A DNA stretch of 64,000 nt from an uncultured Gemmatimonadales bacterium (GCA_963798085.1 CAWCRS010000002.1:224001-288000); one strand, 5' to 3'. Positions 22,474-32,987 are shown, counted from the stretch's first letter. Notes: generated by a model from the letters alone, not told the origin. Numbers and translations are program-made.

Positions 22474-23241
22474 TCACTCCGCGTCGGGCCGCAGTGCCGG
22501 CGGACTGCCCGGATAACGACGTTCGCTGAAGCCGCGCGGCCCATCCGCTTCCAGGAACGAAACCATGTCCGTCGCCACGTCGTGGGCAGGCACCAGCATG
22601 CCTGCGCCGGCCAGCTGGCGGAATCGCGGGGCGAGCGGAAAGGCGGCGGCGTCCCGTTCCCTCGCCTGGCGCTGCATGTCGGTGTCGACAATGCCCGGCT
22701 CGTAGCTCAGCACTGCCACATCCTCACCCGGACGCCACTGCTCCGCCTCCAGCGACGCCACCATGCCTGCCATGCGCATGCCGGCCTTGCTGCTGCAGTA
22801 CTCGGCCAGTCCGGCAAACGCCGTGGTAGCCGCCCCTGACGACACGTTGAGGAAGCGCAGCGCGCTGCCTGCGGGCCAGAGGCGCAGGAAGAGTCCCATG
22901 AGCGCGATGGGCGCCGCGACATTCGTGGCGACCACGGGTGCCACCGCCGTTGGATCGAGCAAGGCCAGGCCACGCATCTGCCCGGCCGCCGCAGCATTGT
23001 TGACCAGGGCGAAGCGCGCGCACGGACGAGCCTGCAGCTGCGACTCGAGCACGCGCTGCAGCGTGACCCAGCCCGGACCCACGTCGGCCAGGTCCAGCTG
23101 CACGTGCTGATAGCTGGTCGCGGCATTGGCCGGCCGGCGCGCCACGCCGATCACGTACCAGCCGCGCGCCAGCAACTGCCGGGTGAGCGCGAGGCCGATT
23201 CCCGAGCTGCTCCCCGTCACCATCGCCAGGCGATCGCTCAT
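22474..23241 (-). CDS. SDR family oxidoreductase (sepiapterin/benzil reductase-like)
   Basis: TGSSSGIG, LVNNAA, NVSSGAA, YCSSK, PGIVDTDMQ. Confidence 0.9.
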   Translation of the reverse strand: MSDRLAMVTGSSSGIGLALTRQLLARGWYVIGVARRPANAATSYQHVQLDLADVGPGWVTLQRVLESQLQARPCARFALVNNAAAAGQMRGLALLDPTAVAPVVATNVAAPIALMGLFLRLWPAGSALRFLNVSSGAATTAFAGLAEYCSSKAGMRMAGMVASLEAEQWRPGEDVAVLSYEPGIVDTDMQRQARERDAAAFPLAPRFRQLAGAGMLVPAHDVATDMVSFLEADGPRGFSERRYPGSPPALRPDAE

Positions 23242-24247
23242 GGCACAGCCTCCACTCCGCCAGCCTGCAAGCGGCCGCCATCCGGTTCCCGCGGCAGTCG
23301 CCCGGCGGAAACGTCGAGCCAGGGCGACAGGTCGCGGGCCAGCAGGCGCTGCAGCAGCTGGATGTCGGGCGCATACGCTTCCACGGCGAGAGACCGGTCG
23401 GCGGGCGTGGCGCGCAATGGCGGCGCCGCGTGATACCAGCGGCGTGCAACGGCGGCCGTCCGCGCCGGCAACAGGGAAGCGAGTCGTCGCCTGAACGATG
23501 CGGGAAGGACCCGTTGCAGCAGCGGGTAGCGCGGCAGCAATGTGGTGTTATGACGCTGCCTCGTGTCGATGGCGGCCTCCGGGTTCACATTGAGGAAGGC
23601 GAACAGCTCCCGCAGCACGGACGCGGGCGCTTGCGCGAAGTCGTCATACAGGCCGACAAAGATGCGCTCGCGGGGGAAGAACCGGAGGAAGCGCTCGAGG
23701 TGCTCGCCGTAACGGCCCGTGCGAATGTGACCGAAGGGTGTGGAACCGGCCGCTTCCTGGCGCGCCTGCGCTTCGAGCCACGCGGCAAAGGGCAGCGACG
23801 TGGAGCGGGTTGCGCGGAAGGCGGCGTACTGGGAAAACAGCCTGTCAGCGGGATCGCGCAGCAGCATGACGATGCGAGCCTCCGGGATGCGCGCGTGGAT
23901 GCGTTGCGCGGCCTGCCGCGAAGCCAGGTACGCTACAGTAGCCTCGCCGATGGCGCTTTCGTCCTGCACGTGGCGGAACAGCATCAGGTAGGACTCCCAC
24001 TCGAGCACGGTACCGTGGTCGCGCTTCCCCGGCATGGGCCCGTCCAGCCACGCGCGCAGTTCGGCGCCATCAGCGGCCCGCTGCGCATGCGGCCGGGGCG
24101 CATGCTCGATCAGTTCCGGTGCGAAGAAGCCCGGCTCCTTGAGCGGGCTCATGTACACGGCCGGATGCTGATCGAGGTAGTGATAGAGCGAGTGGTGCCC
24201 GCCTTGGGCGCACCGACGACGAAGAAGGTAGGCGCGGGCGGCGCCAT
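23238..24247 (-). CDS. Sulfotransferase, frameshift near 24195
   Basis: PTFFVVGAPKAGTT | SLYHYLDQHP..KEP.FF, GEATVAYL, LRDPADR.FS. Confidence 0.85.
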
Positions 24248-24306
24248 CAGCGCTCTGCCCGCGAAGCGTCGCGCGCGCACGAAGCGAAGCGGAGGACCAC
24301 GACCCG

Positions 24307-24895
24307 TCAGGGGCTGGCGGCTGCGGCTGGAAACCGCAGCTCGAGCGCGGACCCGGCCGGCACTGCGGCCCAGCGCTGGTGCAATTCGCGCGTGCAGGCA
24401 CGCACGTCGTCCAGCTGTGCTGCGCCCAGCTGGAGGGTGTCCAGTCCGGTGCGCGTGCATATGGCGAGCAGCTGGGCGTTGAAGTCGGCGGCGCTCCACT
24501 CGCTGCCGCCCGCGCGTTCCGCGGTGAAGAGGCCCACCAGGTGCTCGACGAGCACGGTTCCGGGGCAGCGGTCCGCGCCGGCCCTTGCCGGTCGTGTCTT
24601 CAATGTCCCAGCCCGCCGCGATCAGTCCGAAGAAGCCCTGACGGAAGCCGAGTCGCGTTTCCACTGCGTAATGCGTGAGATCGTGCAGCGGGAAGAAGCG
24701 CGCGTGTCTTCCCTGCTGGCGCTGCCAGGTGGCGGATCCATCATCCCGCTCGCATTGCAACACGACATTACCGTCAGTGTGGGCCGTGAGCGTGATGCGC
24801 AGACTGCGGTCACTCTGCGCCGCGGCCGGGCGGCCGGGAGATGCGGCGGGCTGCGCCGGGCGCTGCGCGGCGCGATCAGCGGGCGGGCGGGCCAT
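24307..24895 (-). CDS. Hypothetical protein with HDLxH motif, frameshift near 24560; start uncertain
   Basis: FFPLHDLTHYAVETRLGFRQGFFGLIAAGWDI | VLVEHLVGLF... Confidence 0.65.
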
Positions 24896-25571
24896 AGCTG
24901 ACCAGACGGGCGGAGCCATCGCGCACCAGGCCGATCCCGGGCGCGTAGTACTTGTACTCGTGCACCAGCGGCTCGAGCGGCGAGGTCTCGGCTGTCCTGA
25001 GGATCTGCTGCAGGTGTCCGGCGGGCACGTTGATGCTGTCGCTGAGGCTGACGATTTCGGCGCGGTCCATGGCCGTACGCGGCGCCTGCTCCTGGTAGTA
25101 GCGACTGCCCAGCAGCGGCACCCCCGGCATCATCATGCCGAACTTCGCACCGTTCTCGCCCGCCAGCCAGGAACCTTCGTGGTTGCGCAGCTGGCCGTTG
25201 TGGTACGTGTCGACTTCCTCGCCGAAATAGAATACGCTGTTAGTGCGCTTGCTGATGGCGTAGAAGTTGCGCGACACCTCGACCAGCTGGCCGTGCTCGG
25301 TCTCGCGCTCCTCCACCACGCGCGTGCTGACACCGGCCACGATTCGTGTTTCAGCCCGCACAGTCACGGTGAGGCGGGTGTCGCCGTCCTCGAGCACCAG
25401 CTGCCAGCCCGGCTCGAGCACGAACCAGGGGTTGCGACCCGTGTCGGTCAGCTCATCCGGCTGAATCAGGAAATCGCGGGTCCAGTCGGAGCGGGCGGCC
25501 TGGCGGCGCATGGCGAAGACAGCCGGCACAGCCAACAACGCGATAATGCCGAAGCCGTGGATCCGGCGCAT
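24876..25571 (-). CDS. Secreted hypothetical protein
   Basis: Signal peptide; NPWFVLEPG, VFYFGEEVD, GSWLAG, YYQE.AP..AMDRAEI, KYYAPGIGLV. Confidence 0.75.
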   Translation of the reverse strand: MRRIHGFGIIALLAVPAVFAMRRQAARSDWTRDFLIQPDELTDTGRNPWFVLEPGWQLVLEDGDTRLTVTVRAETRIVAGVSTRVVEERETEHGQLVEVSRNFYAISKRTNSVFYFGEEVDTYHNGQLRNHEGSWLAGENGAKFGMMMPGVPLLGSRYYQEQAPRTAMDRAEIVSLSDSINVPAGHLQQILRTAETSPLEPLVHEYKYYAPGIGLVRDGSARLVSYGPPAR

Positions 25572-25604
25572 GGGAATCCTCCGCGTGCGTGGTGCGGTAT
25601 GCTG

Positions 25605-27053
25605 TCAGCCGGCGCCGTCACCGTCGTCCGGCTCGGCCAGCACACCGCTTTCCTGGTCCAGCAGGTCGAAGACGCCTTCCTCGTCGAGCACGCGCACGCC
25701 CAGCCGTTGCGAAGAAACGCCGGGTCGCAGCACGTAGTCGAATTCGAGGCGGCCGCCGCGCTCGCTGGCTTCGAAGCGGCGACAGTCGACGGATCCGGTA
25801 TCCTCGAGCGCGTCTCCCAGCTCGATGAGATGCGAGGAAACGAGGAAGATGTTGCCGTCCTTGTCGGCGAGGCGCACGAGCACGGCGCGCGACGCGTCCA
25901 GTGCATCCTTCACGTTGGTGCCCTTGAAGGGCTCGTCCATCAGGGCGATCACACGACGACCCTCCGCGACCGCCTGCGCGATACTCTTGACGCGCAACGC
26001 CTCCGCGCGGAAAAAACTGACACCTTCGCGCACATTGTCATTCAGGCTGATGGCGCTGAAGAGCGCGTCGCAGGGGGAGAAGCGGCAGCTGCGCGCGGGG
26101 ACGCCCATGCCCAGATGCGCGAGATAGGCGGCAGTGCCGGCGGCGCGCAGGTACGTGGTCTTGCCGGCCATGTTGGGGCCCGTCAGAAACAGCAGGCGCT
26201 GCGTCTGATCGACGCGCAGCGGATTGGCCACGGGTTGCGCCACAAAAGGGTGAAAGATGCCTTCCGCGACCAGCTCGAGCGGCCCATCGTGCAGTTCCGG
26301 AATCACCAGGCCGAACTCGCGCACGGCATCCGCCATGGAGAGCAGCGCATCGATCTCGAATACCAGATGCAGCAGGCGCTCGACAGCATCGCGCTGATCC
26401 TGACGCAGCAGCTTGTCGAGGCGCATCCAGCGCCACGACGTCATCTCCGCGCCGACCTGTTGCGGCAGTGCCTCGAGCAGGGGTCGGCGCACCAGCACGC
26501 GCATTTCCTCGAGCCATGGTCCCAGCTCGCCGGGCGCCTGACCCAGCTCGGGCCGGCTGGCAATGTGCTGCAGGGCCCGGATCATGCCCATCGTGCGTTG
26601 CACGCCGGCCACGATCTGCCAGTAGTGACGCAGATCGCCGAAACGCACTTCGATGGCCTCGATGACGAACTCGAAGCGGTTCTCCGTTGTGAGCAGAGGC
26701 AGGCCGGCGTACAGGTAGCGATCGATCCCGCTGACCACACTCTCGCCGGGGAGGATGTCGAAGGCTGCGCGGTGCTGGATCAGGTAGCGCACGGAATCCT
26801 GCACGGCGCGAATGTGCTCGAGCTTCGACCACGGCTTGCGCCAGCGGGCCTGGAGCACGCGGGCGCCGCCCGTAGTGCGGGTGCGGTTCATGAGCGCGAA
26901 GAGGCTGGGCGCATTGCCCTCGCCGTGGAAGATCTCGAGGTCGAGGTAGGTGCGCTCATCCATCATCATCTCGAGTTCGCTGCGGCGAGGCAGCGGTCGC
27001 CGCGCGACGCGGTCCGTCAGGGGCCGGCGCGGGATGTGGAAGAGCTTCGCCAC
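25605..27053 (-). CDS. MutS-related protein (ATPase domain V, no mismatch-binding domain)
   Basis: Walker A TGPNMAGKTT, S.F.AE, Walker B LMDEPFKGTN, SSH. GTG start after GGAGG. Confidence 0.88.
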   Translation of the reverse strand: MAKLFHIPRRPLTDRVARRPLPRRSELEMMMDERTYLDLEIFHGEGNAPSLFALMNRTRTTGGARVLQARWRKPWSKLEHIRAVQDSVRYLIQHRAAFDILPGESVVSGIDRYLYAGLPLLTTENRFEFVIEAIEVRFGDLRHYWQIVAGVQRTMGMIRALQHIASRPELGQAPGELGPWLEEMRVLVRRPLLEALPQQVGAEMTSWRWMRLDKLLRQDQRDAVERLLHLVFEIDALLSMADAVREFGLVIPELHDGPLELVAEGIFHPFVAQPVANPLRVDQTQRLLFLTGPNMAGKTTYLRAAGTAAYLAHLGMGVPARSCRFSPCDALFSAISLNDNVREGVSFFRAEALRVKSIAQAVAEGRRVIALMDEPFKGTNVKDALDASRAVLVRLADKDGNIFLVSSHLIELGDALEDTGSVDCRRFEASERGGRLEFDYVLRPGVSSQRLGVRVLDEEGVFDLLDQESGVLAEPDDGDGAG

Positions 27054-27290
27054 TATGACCTCCCGGGGCAGGTCGGAGATGTATGGCGCGGGGCGCAAAG
27101 GGGGGCATGCGCCGGGCGGAGCATCCGCGAACGCCGTGTTGCGAGTGGGCGGCCCTGCGCCGCGTCTGCAGGGTTGCGTTGCCCCGGCCTCACCGCAAGG
27201 GGCCGTCCGTCTGCGAGGCGCCCTTCTGCGGCGTGGCGCGGCGTTTTAGCTTGCGCTTAATCAGGATCACCCTCACAACGGAGAAAGTCG

Positions 27291-27698
27291 ATGACGATGG
27301 TGAATGGGGCGGCCGCGACGCTGCAGGCGAAGGGTCTGGCTCCTTCGCTGACCGTGAACGATATGCGGAAGAGCCTGCATTTCTACACGGAGGGCCTGGG
27401 CTTCGGGATCGAGGACCAGAACGAAGAGAACGGCCAGGTGCGTTTCGCGATGCTGCGTGCCGGCGATGGCCGGCTGGGCATTGGCCAGGACGACTTCGCC
27501 AAGGGACGGGATCGCGTGAAGGGCGTGGGCCTGCGCATGTGGATTTCGACTACGCAGGATCTCAACGCGTTGGCTGGTCGCATCAAGGCCGCGGGCTACC
27601 AGCTCGACAGTGAACCTGCCGCACTGCCATGGGGCCCGCTGGCCTTCGCCGTCACCGACCCGGACGGTTTCAAGTTCACCATTGCCAGCGACGTGTGA
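27291..27698 (+). CDS. VOC/glyoxalase family protein
   Basis: PSLTVNDMRKSLHFYTEGLGF...PWG..AFAVTDPDGFKFTI. Confidence 0.88.
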   Translation: MTMVNGAAATLQAKGLAPSLTVNDMRKSLHFYTEGLGFGIEDQNEENGQVRFAMLRAGDGRLGIGQDDFAKGRDRVKGVGLRMWISTTQDLNALAGRIKAAGYQLDSEPAALPWGPLAFAVTDPDGFKFTIASDV

Positions 27699-27819
27699 GC
27701 GACACGCAGCGCAGCGTGCCTGCCGCGTCCAGCGCGTGCCGGCTTTCGCGGGCGCGGGTGCTGAATGCACTCGCGCCCGGGGTTCCAGCGGCCGCAGCGG
27801 CGTTCCGCAGCCGACCGCA

Positions 27820-29502
27820 TCACCGCGGAGGCAGTGTCGTCGCCTGCAGCTTCGCAGCCAGCCAGTCCGCAATGGTGCCGAGCACATCGCGGCCCACCTG
27901 GTTGCTGCGCAGCTGGTCATAGTTCCGGAAATCGCCGTCCGGGTCTTCAATGAACAGATGGTTGCGATCCGGGAAGATCTTCACGGTAACATCAGTGTTA
28001 CCACCGGCGCGGATGAGCGCGGCCAGCTTCGCCGCCTGCTCCACGGGCACCTGCCGGTCGGTCGAGCCCTGCACGATCAGTGTGGCGGCCTGCACCTTCC
28101 TGGCGACGGGAGCGGGATCCCAGGTCATCCAGAAGCGGACCCAGGGAATCGTCTGCTTCGAGCTGTCCAGTGAAGCACGCGCCACGCGCAGCAGGGAATC
28201 GCGCTGCGCCGGCGTGAGCGTGCTGTCGTGGTCGACGAGGAAGCGATTCTGCGCCATGCTGATCTCGATGCCCTTCTCGCCCGGTCCGGCCATGATCACC
28301 ATGGCCTTCAGCTGCGGGTCCGTGGCCGCGATCATGGGCGCGATGGCGCCGCCTTCGCTGTGGCCGATCAGGGCGAGGCGCGCGCCATCGATGTCGGGGC
28401 GGCCGCGCAGCCAGGCGAGAGCGGCGCGAATGTCGTCGGCGAAATCCGCGCTCGTGGCCTCCCGTGCATCACCGTTGGAGGCGCCCACACCGCGATCATC
28501 AAGACGCAGCACCGCAATGCCTCGGCGGCTCAACGTGTCGGCAACCTGGCGGAACAGCCGGATGCCGCCGGCGAAGGGAATGTACTCGTCGCGATCCTGC
28601 TGACCGGAGCCGGTGATGGTGACGGCGGCCGGCACGCTGCCGCGCGCATTCTTCGGCATGGTCAGTGTGCCGCCCAGATGGATGCCGCCGGGACCGGTGA
28701 CCGTGACTTCCTGCGCGGTGTACGGCGCACCGGGCGGTGCGGCGTAGTCGGGCCGTGGCGCAATCGAGCTGGTGTCCGTGAGCGTGACGTCGAGGCCGGC
28801 GCTGGCTTCCGGGCCGGCACGCAGGAACTCGAACGCTGTCCCCTCGATGACACCGCCGGCAATGCGACCGCGCGCATCGATGCGCAGCCGCTCGACCTGC
28901 TTCTCAATGGTGAGGGTGACCGAGTCGCTGCCAATGGGACGGATGGCGGCGTTCAGCGTGGCGCCGCCGTTGAGCGCGAAATACGGAATGTCCGCCACGT
29001 CGCCCGTGGCGCGGGCGCGGCGGGTGAACAGCTCGCTCAGCGCCAGGGCGTTGTTGAACATGGGAATGGCGCCGGCCTTCGTGCCGACGCGCTGCACACC
29101 GGCGGCAGTCTGCACTACCACGCTATCACCACGCAGCTCGACGCGCACACGCTGCTGCGGCGCTGCTCCGGGGGCCGCTCCCGGCGGGTATACGGCGATC
29201 ACGAGCGAGCGGACGGCGTCGCCGGCATTGAGCACGGCCAGGTAGTCGATGCGCGGCTGCCCGCGGACCTGCACGCTGCCACGCAGCGTGTCGCCGGCGC
29301 GAATGAAGCGGTCGGTGACCACAGTGTCCGCGCCCCGGCGAATCAGCAGCGCGCCGCGATCAGACAGCTGGCGGGCGGCCAGGGGCGTGACCGGAACCGC
29401 AAACAGCAGCGCGACAGGCAGCAGCCGCAGTATGCTGGCGCGCCACCCGATGTGCCCGCGTCGACGGTCCCACGAACAGGCTGTTACAGGCGGGAACTGC
29501 AT
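27820..29502 (-). CDS. Secreted alpha/beta hydrolase
   Basis: GTLTMP, TGSGQQDRDE, DDRGVG, nucleophile GHSEGG, QGSTDRQV, NHLF. Confidence 0.87.
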   Translation of the reverse strand: MQFPPVTACSWDRRRGHIGWRASILRLLPVALLFAVPVTPLAARQLSDRGALLIRRGADTVVTDRFIRAGDTLRGSVQVRGQPRIDYLAVLNAGDAVRSLVIAVYPPGAAPGAAPQQRVRVELRGDSVVVQTAAGVQRVGTKAGAIPMFNNALALSELFTRRARATGDVADIPYFALNGGATLNAAIRPIGSDSVTLTIEKQVERLRIDARGRIAGGVIEGTAFEFLRAGPEASAGLDVTLTDTSSIAPRPDYAAPPGAPYTAQEVTVTGPGGIHLGGTLTMPKNARGSVPAAVTITGSGQQDRDEYIPFAGGIRLFRQVADTLSRRGIAVLRLDDRGVGASNGDAREATSADFADDIRAALAWLRGRPDIDGARLALIGHSEGGAIAPMIAATDPQLKAMVIMAGPGEKGIEISMAQNRFLVDHDSTLTPAQRDSLLRVARASLDSSKQTIPWVRFWMTWDPAPVARKVQAATLIVQGSTDRQVPVEQAAKLAALIRAGGNTDVTVKIFPDRNHLFIEDPDGDFRNYDQLRSNQVGRDVLGTIADWLAAKLQATTLPPR

Positions 29503-29694
29503 GGCGCCCCCCTGGTTCTGCGCATCCGCCAGCAGGCGGCGTAATACAGCGCCCTCGTATCCGGCCCGGGCGGACCGCCGCTGCGAAGTGTACGCGTGCC
29601 TGTGGTGGTGCGTCTTGCGCTTTGCCCGGACACTGCCGACCCGTGCCGGTCCGCAGTGCACTACGGACGGCAGGGCTGTGTTATTTCCGGCTGC

Positions 29695-30312
29695 TCAGCG
29701 CTCGCCGGGCATGAGGTATCCCACCTCCTCGAACAGCGGGTGTCCCTGCAGCGTGGCGGCCAGCGTGGAAGGCGAGACCTTGCCGTCCCGCATGTTGAAC
29801 AGCGATGCCGCGGCGACGCCGGACTGCGCGGCCACGAACTGGTACACGTACACCACGAACTGCGAGCAGAAGAAGCGGTGCCCCTTGCCCTCGAGGATGC
29901 GCGTGAGCAGCGAGTCCATGTCTCCAGGTGTGGCAGGCTTGCCTGCCCCGCCGAAAAGCGAGCCGATCGCGCCGGGTACGGAATACTTCAGATTGCCCCC
30001 GCGCTTGTGTATGTCGAACATCATCTTTGCGCAAGTCCCGGCGCCCGCCCCCATGCTGCTGTTGCGGCAGCGGTACACGTAATAGCCGTAGTGGTTGTTC
30101 TGCACGCGCAGGTCGTGCGCGTCAATGCCGGTGCCCTGGGCCTCGATGATGAAGGTCGAGTCGAACATGACGCCGGCATGCACGACGCCGGCGTTGGGAC
30201 CACCGGTCGCGGCCTGTCCGAACTGGATCGCCTTCCCGATGATCGAGCCATCCGCGACCTTCAGCAGAAGATCGCCAGCCTTGAGATCACGACAACGCAA
30301 CTGACGGGTCAT
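29695..30312 (-). CDS. Permuted papain-like amidase (YiiX/YebB-like NlpC/P60)
   Basis: LKAGDLLL, HAGV, IIEA, KYS, FFCSQFV, SP; His precedes Cys. Confidence 0.75.
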   Translation of the reverse strand: MTRQLRCRDLKAGDLLLKVADGSIIGKAIQFGQAATGGPNAGVVHAGVMFDSTFIIEAQGTGIDAHDLRVQNNHYGYYVYRCRNSSMGAGAGTCAKMMFDIHKRGGNLKYSVPGAIGSLFGGAGKPATPGDMDSLLTRILEGKGHRFFCSQFVVYVYQFVAAQSGVAAASLFNMRDGKVSPSTLAATLQGHPLFEEVGYLMPGER

Positions 30313-30435
30313 TACCGGCCTCCCGCAGCCATGAAGCGGGCACGCCACGGTGCATGCCCGTGCACCAGTGTACGGCGGCGGCTGGCGGGCGGCCACCTCT
30401 CGAGTCGGGGTTCGACGTGAGCGGATCCAGCGTAC

Positions 30436-31302
30436 TCATCCCGGGCGGGTTATCCCGCGGATGACGTTGGCGAAGCGGCGAGGGGCGTGCGGGGCCCGGT
30501 CGAGCAGCAGCGACGGCTCGATCAGCTCGACCTCCATCACCAGCAGGCGTCCCTCACTGGCACAGCCGTCGACGCGCGCATACAGCCACTCGACAGGAAC
30601 AGCGTCGAGCACCGCTTCCGCCTGGCGAACGAGGCCGGCGGCGGGCGAGAAGTCCTCGACAATGCCACCGTGAATCGACTGCACGCGGTAGTCTCCCGCG
30701 CGTGGTCGCTTGCGTACGGCGTGACTGTAGAGGCCGCCCAGGAACACGAACGAGAATTCTCCGTCACTCTGCACTTCGGGCACGAAGCGCTGCACCATGG
30801 CGCCGTTGGCTGAGGCTGCCAGCCCGGCGAACGCCGGCTCGTCTGCCCGCGCGCTGCGCTGACCCGTGCGGAACGTGCGATACGCGTCCGCCGAGATGCG
30901 CGGCTTCACCACGGCGTCGGTCCAGCCGCAGCGCTGCAGGATGGATGCGAGCGGCTCGGCGCCATCGGCGTACCATGTGGGCACCACGTCAACGCCGCGG
31001 CCCTGCAGCTCGGCGAGATAGCGCTTGTCGAGGTTCCAGCGCACGGTCGCGGGGCGGTTCCACAGGGGCGCGCTGCATGCTTCGATCGCATCCAGCCAGG
31101 CGAGGAATTCGGGCACCTTCGCCGGATAGTCCCAGGTGGAGCGCAGGAGCAGTGTATCGTAGCCCGCCCAGTCCACGCCGGCCGCATCCCAGATCACCGG
31201 CTCCACGGCAATGCCCATTGCCCGCAGCTCGGCGGCGGCCAGGCGGTCGTCGGGCGAGAGATCCGGCCAGCGCGCGGCGGTCAGGAATGCGACGCGACTC
31301 AC
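30436..31302 (-). CDS. RimK-like ATP-grasp protein
   Basis: RSTWDY, WNLDKRYL, VVKP.IS, GDYRVQ..HGG, YARVD, MEVELIEPSL. Confidence 0.87.
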   Translation of the reverse strand: MSRVAFLTAARWPDLSPDDRLAAAELRAMGIAVEPVIWDAAGVDWAGYDTLLLRSTWDYPAKVPEFLAWLDAIEACSAPLWNRPATVRWNLDKRYLAELQGRGVDVVPTWYADGAEPLASILQRCGWTDAVVKPRISADAYRTFRTGQRSARADEPAFAGLAASANGAMVQRFVPEVQSDGEFSFVFLGGLYSHAVRKRPRAGDYRVQSIHGGIVEDFSPAAGLVRQAEAVLDAVPVEWLYARVDGCASEGRLLVMEVELIEPSLLLDRAPHAPRRFANVIRGITRPG

Positions 31303-31352
31303 CGCGTCGGCTCCGCGTTCATGCCTGTTCTAACACGCTGATAGAAGCGGAG

Positions 31353-31835
31353 TCAGCCGTACTTCATTGCGGGGTGGCCCAGGTACTTGCGCAGCAGGGC
31401 CAACTGTCCGATGTGGTAGGACTCGTGCTGGATCATGAAGCTGATGGCGCCCAGCAGGCTGGGATCACTTACGGGAAAGAGCTGCCGTGATGGCGAGCGC
31501 AGCTCGTCCTCGTCGAGCGTCCCGAGACAGGCATCGAGCGTGGGCGCCAGCTCGCTCCAGACGCGGCGGACGACGCTCAATGCAGGCAGCGTCGGGATTT
31601 CTTCGATGCTGCTCGCATCGCTCAACAGATCGGCAAACGGGTTGGCGTCGGGCAGACCGAGGTAGCCGGCCAGGAAATAGCGCGCGTCCACCACGTGGCA
31701 GGCAATGAAGGCCAGGCTGTTGACCTGCCCCGTTGGCCGCTGACAGGCTTCGGCATCCGTGACATCCGCCAGACAGTTCAGGAACAGACGCGTGTTGAGG
31801 CGGACCAGGCTGGCGATCGCAGCGATCTCGCTCAG
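31353..31835 (-). CDS. DinB family protein lacking a canonical start codon
   Basis: In-frame LSEIAAIASLVRLNTRLFLNCL...NSLAFIACHVVDAR...HESYHIGQLALLRKYLG. The frame opens with CTG straight after the upstream TAG. Confidence 0.8.
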   Translation of the reverse strand: MSEIAAIASLVRLNTRLFLNCLADVTDAEACQRPTGQVNSLAFIACHVVDARYFLAGYLGLPDANPFADLLSDASSIEEIPTLPALSVVRRVWSELAPTLDACLGTLDEDELRSPSRQLFPVSDPSLLGAISFMIQHESYHIGQLALLRKYLGHPAMKYG

Positions 31836-32894
31836 CTAGGCCTCCCCGGATTGACCCGCGCGTGCGCGGTGCCACGCGATCAGCTGCTCGGCCGCCGTGC
31901 TCAGCTTGCCGGCATCGCCCTCGCGACAGTCCACGTAATCGATGATCTCCATGTACGGCAGCAGCTCCGTGCTGTGCAGGTATATGGGGAACAGCACATT
32001 GCCGAGCTTGCGGTGCCTCGCCCTGGCCATGTTGAACTCCTCCTGACACACCCTGGATGCGATGTAGTGTGGCGAATACAGCGGCACGATGCGCGCGCTG
32101 CTCACGATGGCCCGATCCATCTCGTCCTGCCAGGAATCGCCCGGTTTGATTTCGAGCGTGTCGACGAAGATACGGAACTGCGGCAGCTGCCGGCGCAACT
32201 GATCCGCGAACGCCGTGGCGGACGGGCCGTCCTTGCGCGAATAGCTGATGAAAACGTCGTAGAGCAGTGGACGCGATACCGGAGTCGTCACGTTTGCGGC
32301 CTGGGCGCCAGCCTTGATGGCCGCGAAGCGGCGCCGCAGGTCCTCGGCCTTCGCAGGGTTGCGCTCGACGATCTTGATGGTCTCGAGTGGCAGGCCGCGC
32401 TGCAGCCAGAGCATGGCGGCGCGGACGAGCGGCTCGAAGATGGCCGAGGCCGGCACGCGTGCATTGCCCGACGCCACCAGCGGCAGCGCCACACTGCGGA
32501 TGGGCGGAACGCCCCAGGCAAAGGGCATGAGGCAGCGGAAGATGTCACCCACGACTTCCGGTGGTGAGCCGCGCAGCAGCGGCTCGAAGCAGAGCAGACG
32601 CTGGAAGTGGAAGCGGGTGACGACGTCGGGCGGCAGCGGCCCGGTGAGCCAGCACCCGAACGTCGCCCGCAGATCCTCGGCCTTGTGCTGTGCCAGATCC
32701 GCCACCGACAGCCCGCGCTGTTCGAGCGCACCTATCAGCGTGTTGGGGACGGGGTCGTAGTTGTCGGGGAACGCGGACACGACCAGCAGGTCTACGCTCT
32801 CCTCTTCCGGGATGGCAGAGAGATCGCCCTGATAGAGGCGGATCTGACTGTCGCCATCCGCGCGCTGCACGGTCAGGCTTTCGAGCAACTCCAT
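31836..32894 (-). CDS. Macro-domain-like + TIR domain protein
   Basis: N-terminus IRLYQGDLS...VDLLVVSA...SVALPLVASG; C-terminal TIR YDVFISYSRKD...IFVD...GDSW...SPHYIASRVCQEEF. Confidence 0.82.
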   Translation of the reverse strand: MELLESLTVQRADGDSQIRLYQGDLSAIPEEESVDLLVVSAFPDNYDPVPNTLIGALEQRGLSVADLAQHKAEDLRATFGCWLTGPLPPDVVTRFHFQRLLCFEPLLRGSPPEVVGDIFRCLMPFAWGVPPIRSVALPLVASGNARVPASAIFEPLVRAAMLWLQRGLPLETIKIVERNPAKAEDLRRRFAAIKAGAQAANVTTPVSRPLLYDVFISYSRKDGPSATAFADQLRRQLPQFRIFVDTLEIKPGDSWQDEMDRAIVSSARIVPLYSPHYIASRVCQEEFNMARARHRKLGNVLFPIYLHSTELLPYMEIIDYVDCREGDAGKLSTAAEQLIAWHRARAGQSGEA

Positions 32895-32987
32895 GTTCGC
32901 CTCCGCTACGTGTACACCGTGCGTACTGCGCGCGCCACACCCGCGCGTCGCATCACTGGCCTGTGCGTGCGAGGCCGGGCTCACCGG

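Noticed and set aside
24675..27260. 861-aa plus-strand ORF, and similar long ORFs such as 54619-56691 (-) and 38148-39590 (+)
   Set aside because: Antisense shadows of well-supported genes, common in high-GC DNA; no recognisable motifs.
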